Of a DNA stretch of 51,180 bases, positions 35,794-44,271 are shown piece by piece (position 1 is the first letter of the stretch; every line of letters begins with the position of its first letter). Made by a program: the position numbers and the translations under genes. This DNA is from Acutalibacteraceae bacterium (GTDB taxonomy: Bacteria > Bacillota > Clostridia > Oscillospirales > Acutalibacteraceae): the NCBI GenBank assembly GCA_045576915.1, contig JAZNHK010000213.1, positions 1 through 51,180 on the forward strand, written 5' to 3'. Under the pieces are notes generated by a model. It did not search any database, had not been told where the DNA came from, and saw only the letters and a program-made list of their open reading frames with translations.

Positions 35794-37023
35794 TTATTTA
35801 TTTTCATCAATAAAATCCTTATTCCATATAACACCGGTTTTCAAAGGTGCTCCCTTGCAGAAAATTTTATTTTCATAGGCATCAAGGGGGTCTTTTATAA
35901 ATTCAGCTTTATCTATAAGCTCCACAACCTCATCATAACGGCTGTCAACAAGCACCTCAATAGCCTTTTCCATATGAGCCTGACGGAAGTTGATTGATGC
36001 AAAAATCAAGTGATTTTCAAATCCGAATGGCATTGTATCATACTGAACCTTCGGACCGAGAGAGAAAGAGTTATAAATACCATTACAGCCCAAAACCTTA
36101 TATTGGAATGCAACTCTATGTTCAATATTTGTTCCGCTTGTGCCAACAAACATCGTAGCTCTTCCACCAATTTTTTCCATAATCTTTTCTGCGGTTTCTT
36201 CCTCGGTAAGACCTGAGGTGCAAAGATAATCTGCGTTTACAATTTCTTTTGAGAAAACAACCTTTTTACTGTCCCGGTCACTTCTGCCAACAAAAAGTAT
36301 TTGTGCATCAGGATGATTTCTTCTTATCTGGTCCGCAATAAAAAGGCCTGTCATCCCCAAGCCAAAAACCACAGTTTTCGAGAAAATGTTTTCTTTTGCA
36401 AGTTTTCTTGCTTCCGCTTCAGAGCATTTGTTTTTAGCCATTTCTACTCTGAAATTCTGTGCCTCACCCAAATCCTCCATTCTTTCCAGCTGAAAGATTG
36501 CACAAGCATAAGGGTCTGCAAAAGAAAGCTTTTTAGCAACAGATACAGGTAATTTTTCAAGATTATTATATTTTTCAGGAAGAGGAAGAAGCATATCAGG
36601 ATTAAAATAGTTTTTATCGCAGAAAAGACCATCTGCACCATCGCACCCATATTCAAAATATGTTTCATCCTCTGTATATCTGGTCGGGTCGTAGCTATCT
36701 CCGCCACGAATTAAGACGATGGCAAAACGATTCTGAGACGGCACCCAAACAACACCTTCGTGTCCGTTTATAAGTCGGTTTTCACCTTTTGGAAATTTGG
36801 GATTGAGTTTATGCTCTCTGCCCATTTTCATCAATTCAAAATCAGTTCCGCAAAAGCCCTGAAAAACAGGTAAGGCCTCAATACCCTTTAACAAAGGTTC
36901 GCCTCTTAAACGTTGACTTTCAGGATTTATTAAGTTAATTTCACCATATTTAATAGGTAAATTTTTATCATTCTGAAAATATGTGCCGTAAGTCTTCATT
37001 TTTTTCACACTCCACACAGACAA
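35794..37023 (-). CDS. MDR-superfamily dehydrogenase, glucose-1-dehydrogenase-like
   Basis: The Zn-ligand motifs FCGTDFE and NGHEGVV are present. The size is 409 aa. Confidence 0.5.
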   Translation of the reverse strand: MSVWSVKKMKTYGTYFQNDKNLPIKYGEINLINPESQRLRGEPLLKGIEALPVFQGFCGTDFELMKMGREHKLNPKFPKGENRLINGHEGVVWVPSQNRFAIVLIRGGDSYDPTRYTEDETYFEYGCDGADGLFCDKNYFNPDMLLPLPEKYNNLEKLPVSVAKKLSFADPYACAIFQLERMEDLGEAQNFRVEMAKNKCSEAEARKLAKENIFSKTVVFGLGMTGLFIADQIRRNHPDAQILFVGRSDRDSKKVVFSKEIVNADYLCTSGLTEEETAEKIMEKIGGRATMFVGTSGTNIEHRVAFQYKVLGCNGIYNSFSLGPKVQYDTMPFGFENHLIFASINFRQAHMEKAIEVLVDSRYDEVVELIDKAEFIKDPLDAYENKIFCKGAPLKTGVIWNKDFIDENK

Positions 37024-37095
37024 TGTTAGGCTTGTATACCATAATTAAATTCATTTTATCATAAGAAGCAAAGACCTTCAACACATTTATGCTAA

Positions 37096-38226
37096 TTATT
37101 GCCATACAACTTTTCCATCTATAATTGTCAGATAAACACGAGAAAATATATCAAAGGGATTTCCTTCAAAAATAACGAAATCCGCATCTTTCCCTACTGT
37201 CAGGCTACCCAATCTGTGGTCAACTCTGCAGATTTTTGCCGCATCAATTGTAATAGCTTTCAAGGCATCATACTCGCCCAGACCCTCTTTTGCCGCCAGA
37301 CCTGCACACAAGGGCAGATACTGTATTCTTGAAACGGGATGGTCGGTAGTTATTGCAACAGTTACGCCTGTTTTTTTGAGTATTCCTGCGGTTTTAAAAT
37401 CCGACTGACTTACTTCCTTTTTATTTCGCGAAGCTAATGACGGACCAACAATTGCAGGAAAACCGCTTTTTGCAATTTTCTCGGCTATCAGATGACCTTC
37501 GGTACAATGGTCCAATGTTAAATCCAAGTTAAATTCTTTTGCTATTCTTATGGCGGTTAAAATATCATCCGTTCTGTGCACATGAGCTTTAAGTGGGATT
37601 TTACCACTGAACAAATCCCGATAGCTTTCCAACAAAAAATCTTTTTCATTATTTTCTTCATTTTCAAAATACTGCTTCGCTCTGTATAATTCCTCTCTTA
37701 TAAGCGATGCAGTACCCATTCTTGAAGATGGTGTGTTACCGTTCAACCCGTAATTTGTCATTGGGTTTTCGCCTAATGCAATTTTTATTGCTGCAGGTGC
37801 AAGCACTATCATATCGTCCACGCATCTGCCATAGGTTTTGATAAACGCAAACTGTCCCCCGATTGGATTAGAGCTACCCGGCCCCACCATAACACCGGTG
37901 ATGCCCGATGCCAAGGCATTGTGAAAAGCACTATCCATTGGATTTACTCCATCAATTCCTCTGACAGCAGGTGTTATGGGCGTGGTGTTCTCATTACTTT
38001 CATCAACCTGAACGCTTGCTTTTTCCTCGCAAATTCCCAAATGACTATGTGCATCAATAAATCCCGGAAAAATGTTTTTTCCTTGTGCATCAATTACCTT
38101 TACATCCTCATCAACCTGTATATTCTGAGAAATTTCAGCAATTTTTCCCTTTTTAACAAGCAAATCCGCTTTTATGGGCTCCGCTGTTTCCATTGTGTAT
38201 AAAAATCCATTTTTCACTAAAAGCAT
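37096..38226 (-). CDS. Amidohydrolase-family metallo-hydrolase
   Basis: The PGFIDAHSHLG motif is present. The start is set at MLLVKNG, which is preceded by GGAGG. Confidence 0.7.
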   Translation of the reverse strand: MLLVKNGFLYTMETAEPIKADLLVKKGKIAEISQNIQVDEDVKVIDAQGKNIFPGFIDAHSHLGICEEKASVQVDESNENTTPITPAVRGIDGVNPMDSAFHNALASGITGVMVGPGSSNPIGGQFAFIKTYGRCVDDMIVLAPAAIKIALGENPMTNYGLNGNTPSSRMGTASLIREELYRAKQYFENEENNEKDFLLESYRDLFSGKIPLKAHVHRTDDILTAIRIAKEFNLDLTLDHCTEGHLIAEKIAKSGFPAIVGPSLASRNKKEVSQSDFKTAGILKKTGVTVAITTDHPVSRIQYLPLCAGLAAKEGLGEYDALKAITIDAAKICRVDHRLGSLTVGKDADFVIFEGNPFDIFSRVYLTIIDGKVVWQ

Positions 38227-38368
38227 AATAAATTTCCTCCCGATTTGTTGTGAATAGTTTTCCGCAAACAAGGCAAACTATACTTAGAGTAAACGAGTTT
38301 AAACCTTTTATGGTTTAAAGAAAACATTTTACTCTTTATCAGCACCAGAATTTTTGGAGGTGAAAACC

Positions 38369-38497
38369 ATGGATAACAAACAGCAGAACAACCAGAACAA
38401 CCAGAACAGACAGAACCAGAACGACCAGAACAGACAGAATCAGCAGAACAAACAAAACAAGCAGAACAGACAGAATCAGAATGACCAGAACAGATAA
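38369..38497 (+). CDS. 42-aa Gln/Asn-rich microprotein (MDNKQQNNQNNQNRQNQNDQNRQNQQNKQNKQNRQNQNDQNR)
   Basis: The ORF is below the track cutoff. A GGAGGTG motif sits 7 nt upstream of the ATG, and a strong hairpin terminator follows immediately downstream. The ORF contains a 33-nt direct repeat at 38402-38434 and 38462-38494. Confidence 0.55.
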   Translation: MDNKQQNNQNNQNRQNQNDQNRQNQQNKQNKQNRQNQNDQNR

Positions 38498-38505
38498 CTG
38501 TCAAT

Positions 38506-38552
38506 AAAAAACGAGAAGGTTGGGCTTTCCCAATCTTCTCGTAATTTTTATT
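38506..38552. terminator. Bidirectional intrinsic terminator
   Basis: A 14-bp stem pairs ACGAGAAGGTTGGG with CCCAATCTTCTCGT, with one mismatch. It is flanked by an A-run and a T-run. Confidence 0.75.
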
Positions 38553-40799
38553 TTATATTTTAAAACTATAGTGACCGCCGGTTACATTCTGAGTAATATT
38601 ATCTCTTGCGTTCAATATAATCAGAGCTTGTGAACCTTCAGGAATTTGTATTTCTACATTAAATCCACCATTTTCACCCTTTTCCCAATGGCATTTTATT
38701 TCACCATAGGGTGTATTGACTGAAGCTTTTACAAAATCTAGACCACAATCCAACAACGGTGAAATGGTGAACTCTTTATATCCGTCTTTTACATTTTTAA
38801 TTCCTGCAAAATGGGTAAAGAAAACCTCATCATAAGAACCAAGGAAATAATGGTCCTGAGAACGGGTGGTTGTTTCCCAGCTTTCCCAGGCAGAATCCGC
38901 ACCATTTTCAAGCCAGAAGCACCAGCTCGGGTATGTTTTCTGAGTTAAAACCTTGTACGCAACATCATTGTAACCATTATCATACAAAACAGGAAGAACA
39001 AATTTAACACCTGTGCAACCTGTGTCGAAATGGTAATCTTTTTTTATGATATCATTCACCAGATTTTCAACAACTGATTTTTTATATTCTTGTGGAACCA
39101 TATCAAAAGCTAAAGGTAAAAGATTTGATGTCTGTCTGTATTTGGTTCTTAAACCTTTTTGCTCCCAGAATGTTGTTTCATAAATCTTCAATTCTTTATT
39201 ATAGAACTTTTCATTAAATGCTTTATAAATATTTTTACAAGCATTTTCGAAAACATCTACATCTTCTGTTTTACCGAGAATATTTGCAATTTTTGTCATA
39301 CTTTTGAGCATTTTGAAAATAAATGCTGTGCCGCAAATTTCGCACCCTTCAGAAGAACCTGGATCAATTTCTCCATCCTCTTTGCCCATAGGTGAAAGCC
39401 AGTCTGCAAGACCTCTTTGCCCCCATATCCACTCTTGATTTTTAAGAGTTTCAATATCAATCATCGCAAATTTTTTCAGATTAGGATACAAACTTTCAAC
39501 ATAATCTTTTTCATTGCAGTAGTCAAGAAGTGCTTCGCAGGAGAATACATAAACAGTATTCCACACAGGTGAATTATCGACACCCCATTCTGCTGCAGGA
39601 ACCATTACGGGAACATTCCCATAAGCCTCAAAGCAGTCGTTCATTACACCAACAAAGTTTTTGAGGTACTCTGCCATCCGGAAATTGAACATTATTGAAA
39701 GCAGACCACAACTGAAATCTCCCAACCAACCATTTTTCTCCCAAACAGGAGTATCGGTGGGCTTACCCTGAAAATTATTGAAAAGTGTTCTCTGCATTAT
39801 TTCGTGAAGCTTATTAACGCTTTCATTTGAGCACTCAAATTGGGAGATAACCTTCATATCATTTGCCACACGGTAGATTGTTATATTATCATTTGTAATT
39901 TCCACCGGACAATTTTCCACCTGAATATAACGGAAACCTTTATAACTGAATTTAGGCTCTAATTCGCAAAACTCACCATTACCGATAAATGTATCCTGCT
40001 GTATGTACTCATCAGGCCACCAAGGTCCATCGTGACCTTCATATTTTCCGATTTTTTGTATATAGCCATCTTCCTTGAGCTTTTCGCTGTAAACTACTTT
40101 TATTTCAATATTCAATGGTAATTGCAAATCAAATTTTGCCCATCCGGTTATCATTTCAGGAGCAATAATAATATATGTACCATTACCTTTATCAATTATT
40201 TCCTTTGGCTTGAATTCACCGATTCTTCTTATAGGTGGCATATTCTGAGGTTTTAATTTACCCTCGGGAGCATCAACTAAAACCGCCTTTTCCCATTTAA
40301 AATCAGTATTTCTTAAATCGTGAATTTCGCCGTAGTAAATACTGTTTTTTGTTATCTTACCATCAAGAGTGTATTGCCAATTATCATTGGTAAAAATGCT
40401 TTCAACTTCGCCATTTTCATAAGTGATATTTAAATCTGCTATAAGCTTAGGTGAAGAACGCCAGGAAGCTTTATGCCAATCCCAAACAGTCGTTGTTTCA
40501 TTAAAAAAGCTATGACCTAATTCCACAGTTATTAGATTTTCGCCTGAAACAAGCAAATCTGAAATATCAAAACTTCTGTATAAAACAGTACGATTATATT
40601 GAGTATGGGCAGGATTAAGAACAGTATCATCCGGAAGCTTACCGTTGATTTTAAGTTCAAAAAGTCCAAGACCGCAAATAAGCAATTCTGCTTTTTTTAT
40701 TTCTTTTTCAATTGTAAAGGTCTTTTTGAATACAGGTGCTCGGCGGTCTTCAACCGTCATATCTGTACCAATCCATTTACCTTTAAAAATATAGTCCAT
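38553..40799 (-). CDS. Alpha-L-rhamnosidase (GH78-like)
   Basis: The N-terminal pattern is GKWIG...FKKTF...AELLICGLGLFELKINGK...LNPAHTQYNRTVLYRSFDISDLL, in a 748-aa protein. Confidence 0.7.
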   Translation of the reverse strand: MDYIFKGKWIGTDMTVEDRRAPVFKKTFTIEKEIKKAELLICGLGLFELKINGKLPDDTVLNPAHTQYNRTVLYRSFDISDLLVSGENLITVELGHSFFNETTTVWDWHKASWRSSPKLIADLNITYENGEVESIFTNDNWQYTLDGKITKNSIYYGEIHDLRNTDFKWEKAVLVDAPEGKLKPQNMPPIRRIGEFKPKEIIDKGNGTYIIIAPEMITGWAKFDLQLPLNIEIKVVYSEKLKEDGYIQKIGKYEGHDGPWWPDEYIQQDTFIGNGEFCELEPKFSYKGFRYIQVENCPVEITNDNITIYRVANDMKVISQFECSNESVNKLHEIMQRTLFNNFQGKPTDTPVWEKNGWLGDFSCGLLSIMFNFRMAEYLKNFVGVMNDCFEAYGNVPVMVPAAEWGVDNSPVWNTVYVFSCEALLDYCNEKDYVESLYPNLKKFAMIDIETLKNQEWIWGQRGLADWLSPMGKEDGEIDPGSSEGCEICGTAFIFKMLKSMTKIANILGKTEDVDVFENACKNIYKAFNEKFYNKELKIYETTFWEQKGLRTKYRQTSNLLPLAFDMVPQEYKKSVVENLVNDIIKKDYHFDTGCTGVKFVLPVLYDNGYNDVAYKVLTQKTYPSWCFWLENGADSAWESWETTTRSQDHYFLGSYDEVFFTHFAGIKNVKDGYKEFTISPLLDCGLDFVKASVNTPYGEIKCHWEKGENGGFNVEIQIPEGSQALIILNARDNITQNVTGGHYSFKI

Positions 40800-40802
40800 A
40801 AC

Positions 40803-41312
40803 TTATTTCCCCGTTTCAACCATCTTCATTTTTGTTGCTTTTTGTCCCCAGGAGTTTGCCCAAGCCTCGCAAAAAAGCTTGTAATAGGAAACATTGTTTT
40901 TTTCTCTGTATTTTGCAAAGAAATTACACCATATAACTGATGGGATGGCAATTACTACATAATATAGCGGACCCAAAAGAAGGCACTGCCAAGTGTGACC
41001 ATATTCGTGAATACGGGTGTTATAGGTCCAGGGATTTACTTCTTTTCTGTCTTTGATAAATATAAAAAGACCCATTGAAAGTCCACCCGCGTTCCAGGGA
41101 AGGTAAACGATATTTGCATAACCGAATTTACTGTGAGGTCTTTTGAGAATTTTCGTGCAAATTAAATATGCAATCCCACCAACAATATTAACAGGAAGCC
41201 CCCAAGTCCATTGAACAACGTAAAAAAGAATGTCTTTTATTGTATTTTTTAAATTCTTTTCTTTAGGAGTAGGTTCTGTTTTTGTTATATCAACATTTTT
41301 AATATTTTCCAT
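40803..41312 (-). CDS. Small membrane protein with an HExxH motif (DUF3267-like putative zincin)
   Basis: HEYGHTW lies between hydrophobic helices. The ATG is 1 nt after the transporter stop, and a GGAGG RBS is present. Confidence 0.45.
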   Translation of the reverse strand: MENIKNVDITKTEPTPKEKNLKNTIKDILFYVVQWTWGLPVNIVGGIAYLICTKILKRPHSKFGYANIVYLPWNAGGLSMGLFIFIKDRKEVNPWTYNTRIHEYGHTWQCLLLGPLYYVVIAIPSVIWCNFFAKYREKNNVSYYKLFCEAWANSWGQKATKMKMVETGK

Positions 41313-41313
41313 A

Positions 41314-42966
41314 TTATTCTGCCTCCGCAAGTTGTTTTTTCTTAAGGTTTTCCACTTCGAGAAGAATTATATATTCACCATTCACATTCTTATCAAGAGT
41401 ATGTATTTCGTTTTCGTCATTTTCCTTGCCCAGCCAAGTTTTCTCCAACTTATAACCGGTAAGCAATTCGCAACGTTCTCTTTCATAATCAGTAAGAGTA
41501 ACAGTACCATATTTGTGCTTTGTGGCAATTGCCGCACGAATCATTGTGTGATCATCCTTTGTCATTTTAAAACGCCTGAGTAAAAGGTATGCAACAATCG
41601 CACTTACCATAGGAAGTACAGAAACACATATACGAATACCTAACAAAGCAATAGAATTCTGTTCAATATAAACACCCTCGTTGCCTGTTACAAGTCCGAA
41701 ATATTTCAAAACAGTACCAACAAGGAAGGTCATAACACCACCAACAACCTGTTTTACCATTGTGTTGCAGGTACTTATAACTCCCTCACGGCGTCTGCCG
41801 GTAATAAGCTCATCCACATCAGTAAGGTCGGGAAGAACATTGTTACCAACAAAACCAAGACCACTCATACCAAAGGGATAAAGTACCGCACCGCCTAAAA
41901 TCATAAGAACAAGAGGCATTATTGAAGAATTACCTTCAGGACTACCCGTTTTAACAAAAAGAAGAAGTCCGAGACCGATAATCATAAATGGAGTTACCAC
42001 CGCACCGCATTTACTTTTGCCTTTTTTCATAGTGAGTGCATAGTTCAATGGGAATGCAAGGGATTCAAACACACCTGCAAAGGTATTATAAATAGGATAA
42101 TATTTATAAAGATTTGCAAGGTAGGTTATGAAATAAATACTTGATGTTGAATAAAAGCTTCTTGCCATCTGCCAAAAGAAGGACATTGAAAAATAATCTC
42201 TGAAAGCCTTACTTCTGAACACCTGAATGTATTCATCAATAGCAAATTTCAAATCCAGTTTTGGTGGCTTGTCATCAAGTGAGCTTGGCTCTTTAACAGT
42301 TTTAAATGTTGCATAAACTGAAATTGCATAAACTATTGAGAGAACAACACCCGTTAACATAAAGGGCAATTTTGATTCTTTTGAAAGACCACCTGAAGAA
42401 CCAAATACCGAAAGGAATATAAGAAGAATTATGTAAGATGGAATCATACCAACGGAGTTAAAAATATAGCTGACCGAGGTATATTGCGTTCTTTTGTTAT
42501 ATTCGGGTGCCAGCGTGGGAAGCATTGCACTATGAGGAACTTCAATCATTGTGTAAGCAGTTTTATAAAGAATATACGCAAAAGCATAATACATTACACA
42601 AACAGTGGGATGTTCCTTTGCATCAAGTCCGAAGGAGTTCCAGAGCATTGAATATGCTACCATAAGAATTGGAATACTCCACAAAAGATATCTTCGGTGT
42701 CTTCCGTATTTTGAACGGGTACGGTCGGTAATAATACCCATCAACGGGTCGTTTATGCCATCACATATTGTTGCTATCATTATGATAAATGTGGCGTGTT
42801 GCAAATCCATTCCCACAACATTTGTCAGGAAAACCGTGAAATACATACTGATTATGTAACCACCGCCACCAAGATAAATATTAGCAAAGCAATATTGAAT
42901 CATAGGCCATACTGTATCAACAAATCTGCCCTCAACACCTATTGCCTTTTTAAATCTTTCACCCAA
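41314..42966 (-). CDS. GPH-family glycoside/cation symporter (MelB-like) with a C-terminal tail of about 90 aa
   Basis: The GINDPLMGIITDRTRSKYGRHRRYLLW signature is present, along with about 12 hydrophobic helices. Confidence 0.8.
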   Translation of the reverse strand: MGERFKKAIGVEGRFVDTVWPMIQYCFANIYLGGGGYIISMYFTVFLTNVVGMDLQHATFIIMIATICDGINDPLMGIITDRTRSKYGRHRRYLLWSIPILMVAYSMLWNSFGLDAKEHPTVCVMYYAFAYILYKTAYTMIEVPHSAMLPTLAPEYNKRTQYTSVSYIFNSVGMIPSYIILLIFLSVFGSSGGLSKESKLPFMLTGVVLSIVYAISVYATFKTVKEPSSLDDKPPKLDLKFAIDEYIQVFRSKAFRDYFSMSFFWQMARSFYSTSSIYFITYLANLYKYYPIYNTFAGVFESLAFPLNYALTMKKGKSKCGAVVTPFMIIGLGLLLFVKTGSPEGNSSIMPLVLMILGGAVLYPFGMSGLGFVGNNVLPDLTDVDELITGRRREGVISTCNTMVKQVVGGVMTFLVGTVLKYFGLVTGNEGVYIEQNSIALLGIRICVSVLPMVSAIVAYLLLRRFKMTKDDHTMIRAAIATKHKYGTVTLTDYERERCELLTGYKLEKTWLGKENDENEIHTLDKNVNGEYIILLEVENLKKKQLAEAE

Positions 42967-42983
42967 AGATTATCACACTTTCC

Positions 42984-44060
42984 TTAATATTTTCCTAAAT
43001 CTGTAATCTGCGGAATTTCAATTGATTCTGTATAAAGCTCTCTCGGATTATTTTCATCAAGAACAATGAGTCTTCCGCCATGCTCTTTACCATAGGTGAA
43101 ATAGCCTGCACCGAGAGTCTGATAAAGGTCAATTCCGTCAACAGTCATCTTAAAATCGTTAACATGGTCGTGACCAAAGAAAGCTGCAAAAACATCCCCG
43201 GTTTTTTTCCAGGATTCAAACTGCTGAGTATAATCCTTATTCATATTTGGAGGACAAGGAACCTCTCTTACTCTGCCTTCAAGGATTTCATGACCTAATA
43301 CATAATAGTTGCCATCTCTCTCGAAAGTGTATTCATCATTTTTTGTAGCTTCTCTATAGCCATATAATTCCTGCTGAACGGGAATATGCTGGAAAAGGAT
43401 TGCAGGAAGAGGTTCGCCGCCATTAGCTTCCTTTAATTCTGCCGCACGTTTTTCATACCAGGCAATCTGGTCCTCATGAACATGGTCATATCCATTATTA
43501 CCATCAGGATTTTCTTCATAATCGTTAGAGTCCATAAGCCATATTGCAAAAGCGTCTTTATCTTCTTTGCTGCTTTTGATTGTTACACAGCAATTACCTG
43601 TGCCATAAACATCTGCATCATTGAGATTTGAACGGCAGTTAGAGTATTCCATATACATAAGCATCTGAAATTCTGTGTGGAAGCCAACCTCACCATCATG
43701 GTTACCGAAAACTACACAGAGAGGAATATTTCTCTCTCTTATAGGCTTTGTGATTTTTTTGATTGTGCTTTCAACATAGTTATATGTGAATTCTTCCCAG
43801 TAACCACTGATGTTGTCACCGCCAAAAACTACCAAATCAGGATTTGTTTTTGCAACAAGGCTTTCGATAACATTGAGTGTTTCAATATCTCTTCTCTCGG
43901 GAATTGAACGGTCCTCGTCATCATCCATTATAGGTTCAACATCGTGAATATCGGTAATATGTAAAATTTTGAATTTGCCATCTGCACCGAATTTAAGCGG
44001 TGCAGGTGCTTCTCTTTTAAATCTGTCTGTTTTCCATTTTTTAGGGTAGCCCATTGCCAT
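42984..44060 (-). CDS. Metallophosphoesterase (Dcr2-like), paralog B
   Basis: Motifs KFKILHITDIH, VFGGDNI, FGNHDG and FGHDHVNDF are present. The protein is colinear with the 32165-33277 product. Confidence 0.75.
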   Translation of the reverse strand: MAMGYPKKWKTDRFKREAPAPLKFGADGKFKILHITDIHDVEPIMDDDEDRSIPERRDIETLNVIESLVAKTNPDLVVFGGDNISGYWEEFTYNYVESTIKKITKPIRERNIPLCVVFGNHDGEVGFHTEFQMLMYMEYSNCRSNLNDADVYGTGNCCVTIKSSKEDKDAFAIWLMDSNDYEENPDGNNGYDHVHEDQIAWYEKRAAELKEANGGEPLPAILFQHIPVQQELYGYREATKNDEYTFERDGNYYVLGHEILEGRVREVPCPPNMNKDYTQQFESWKKTGDVFAAFFGHDHVNDFKMTVDGIDLYQTLGAGYFTYGKEHGGRLIVLDENNPRELYTESIEIPQITDLGKY

Positions 44061-44100
44061 AGTGCATCAACCTTTCTCTTTCTAAAAAGTAAAATCCTAT

Positions 44101-44270
44101 TCACCAAAGGTGAATATCATATTTTCGCAGAAAATATATCATAAAACTTGTTTTATATAATGTTGCCGTCAGGCAATATATCATTTAAAATGATATCCGT
44201 CTACGACGGATGATATACCTTCGGCATGATATTCGCTCCGCGAATGATATATTTTGCGAAGCAAAATATT
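44101..44270. repeat. Mirror-symmetric array of about 8 mini-hairpins, each followed by the heptamer ATATCAT (left half) or ATGATAT (right half)
   Basis: ATATCAT occurs at 44114, 44136 and 44178, with a degenerate copy at 44155. ATGATAT occurs at 44190, 44210, 44226 and 44244. The units are separated by 3-5 bp stems with 3-4 nt loops: ACCaaaGGT, TTCgcaGAA, TTGCCgtcaGGCAA, CCGTCtacGACGG, CGCtccGCG and TTTGCgaaGCAAA. Confidence 0.7.
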
Positions 44271-44271
44271 T

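Noticed and set aside
38217-38504. 95-aa minus-strand ORF rich in Cys and Ser (MTVICSGHSDSVCSAC...)
   Set aside because: It is the antisense image of the CAG/AAC repeat and has no RBS. It would also have to overlap the amidohydrolase start region. The plus-strand 42-aa ORF has a strong RBS and a terminator, so it is the better reading.
44101-44270. Possible CRISPR array
   Set aside because: The repeated unit is only a 7-nt motif with 16-23 bp periodicity and opposite orientation in the two halves. There are no 25-40 bp repeats, no unique spacers and no cas genes.
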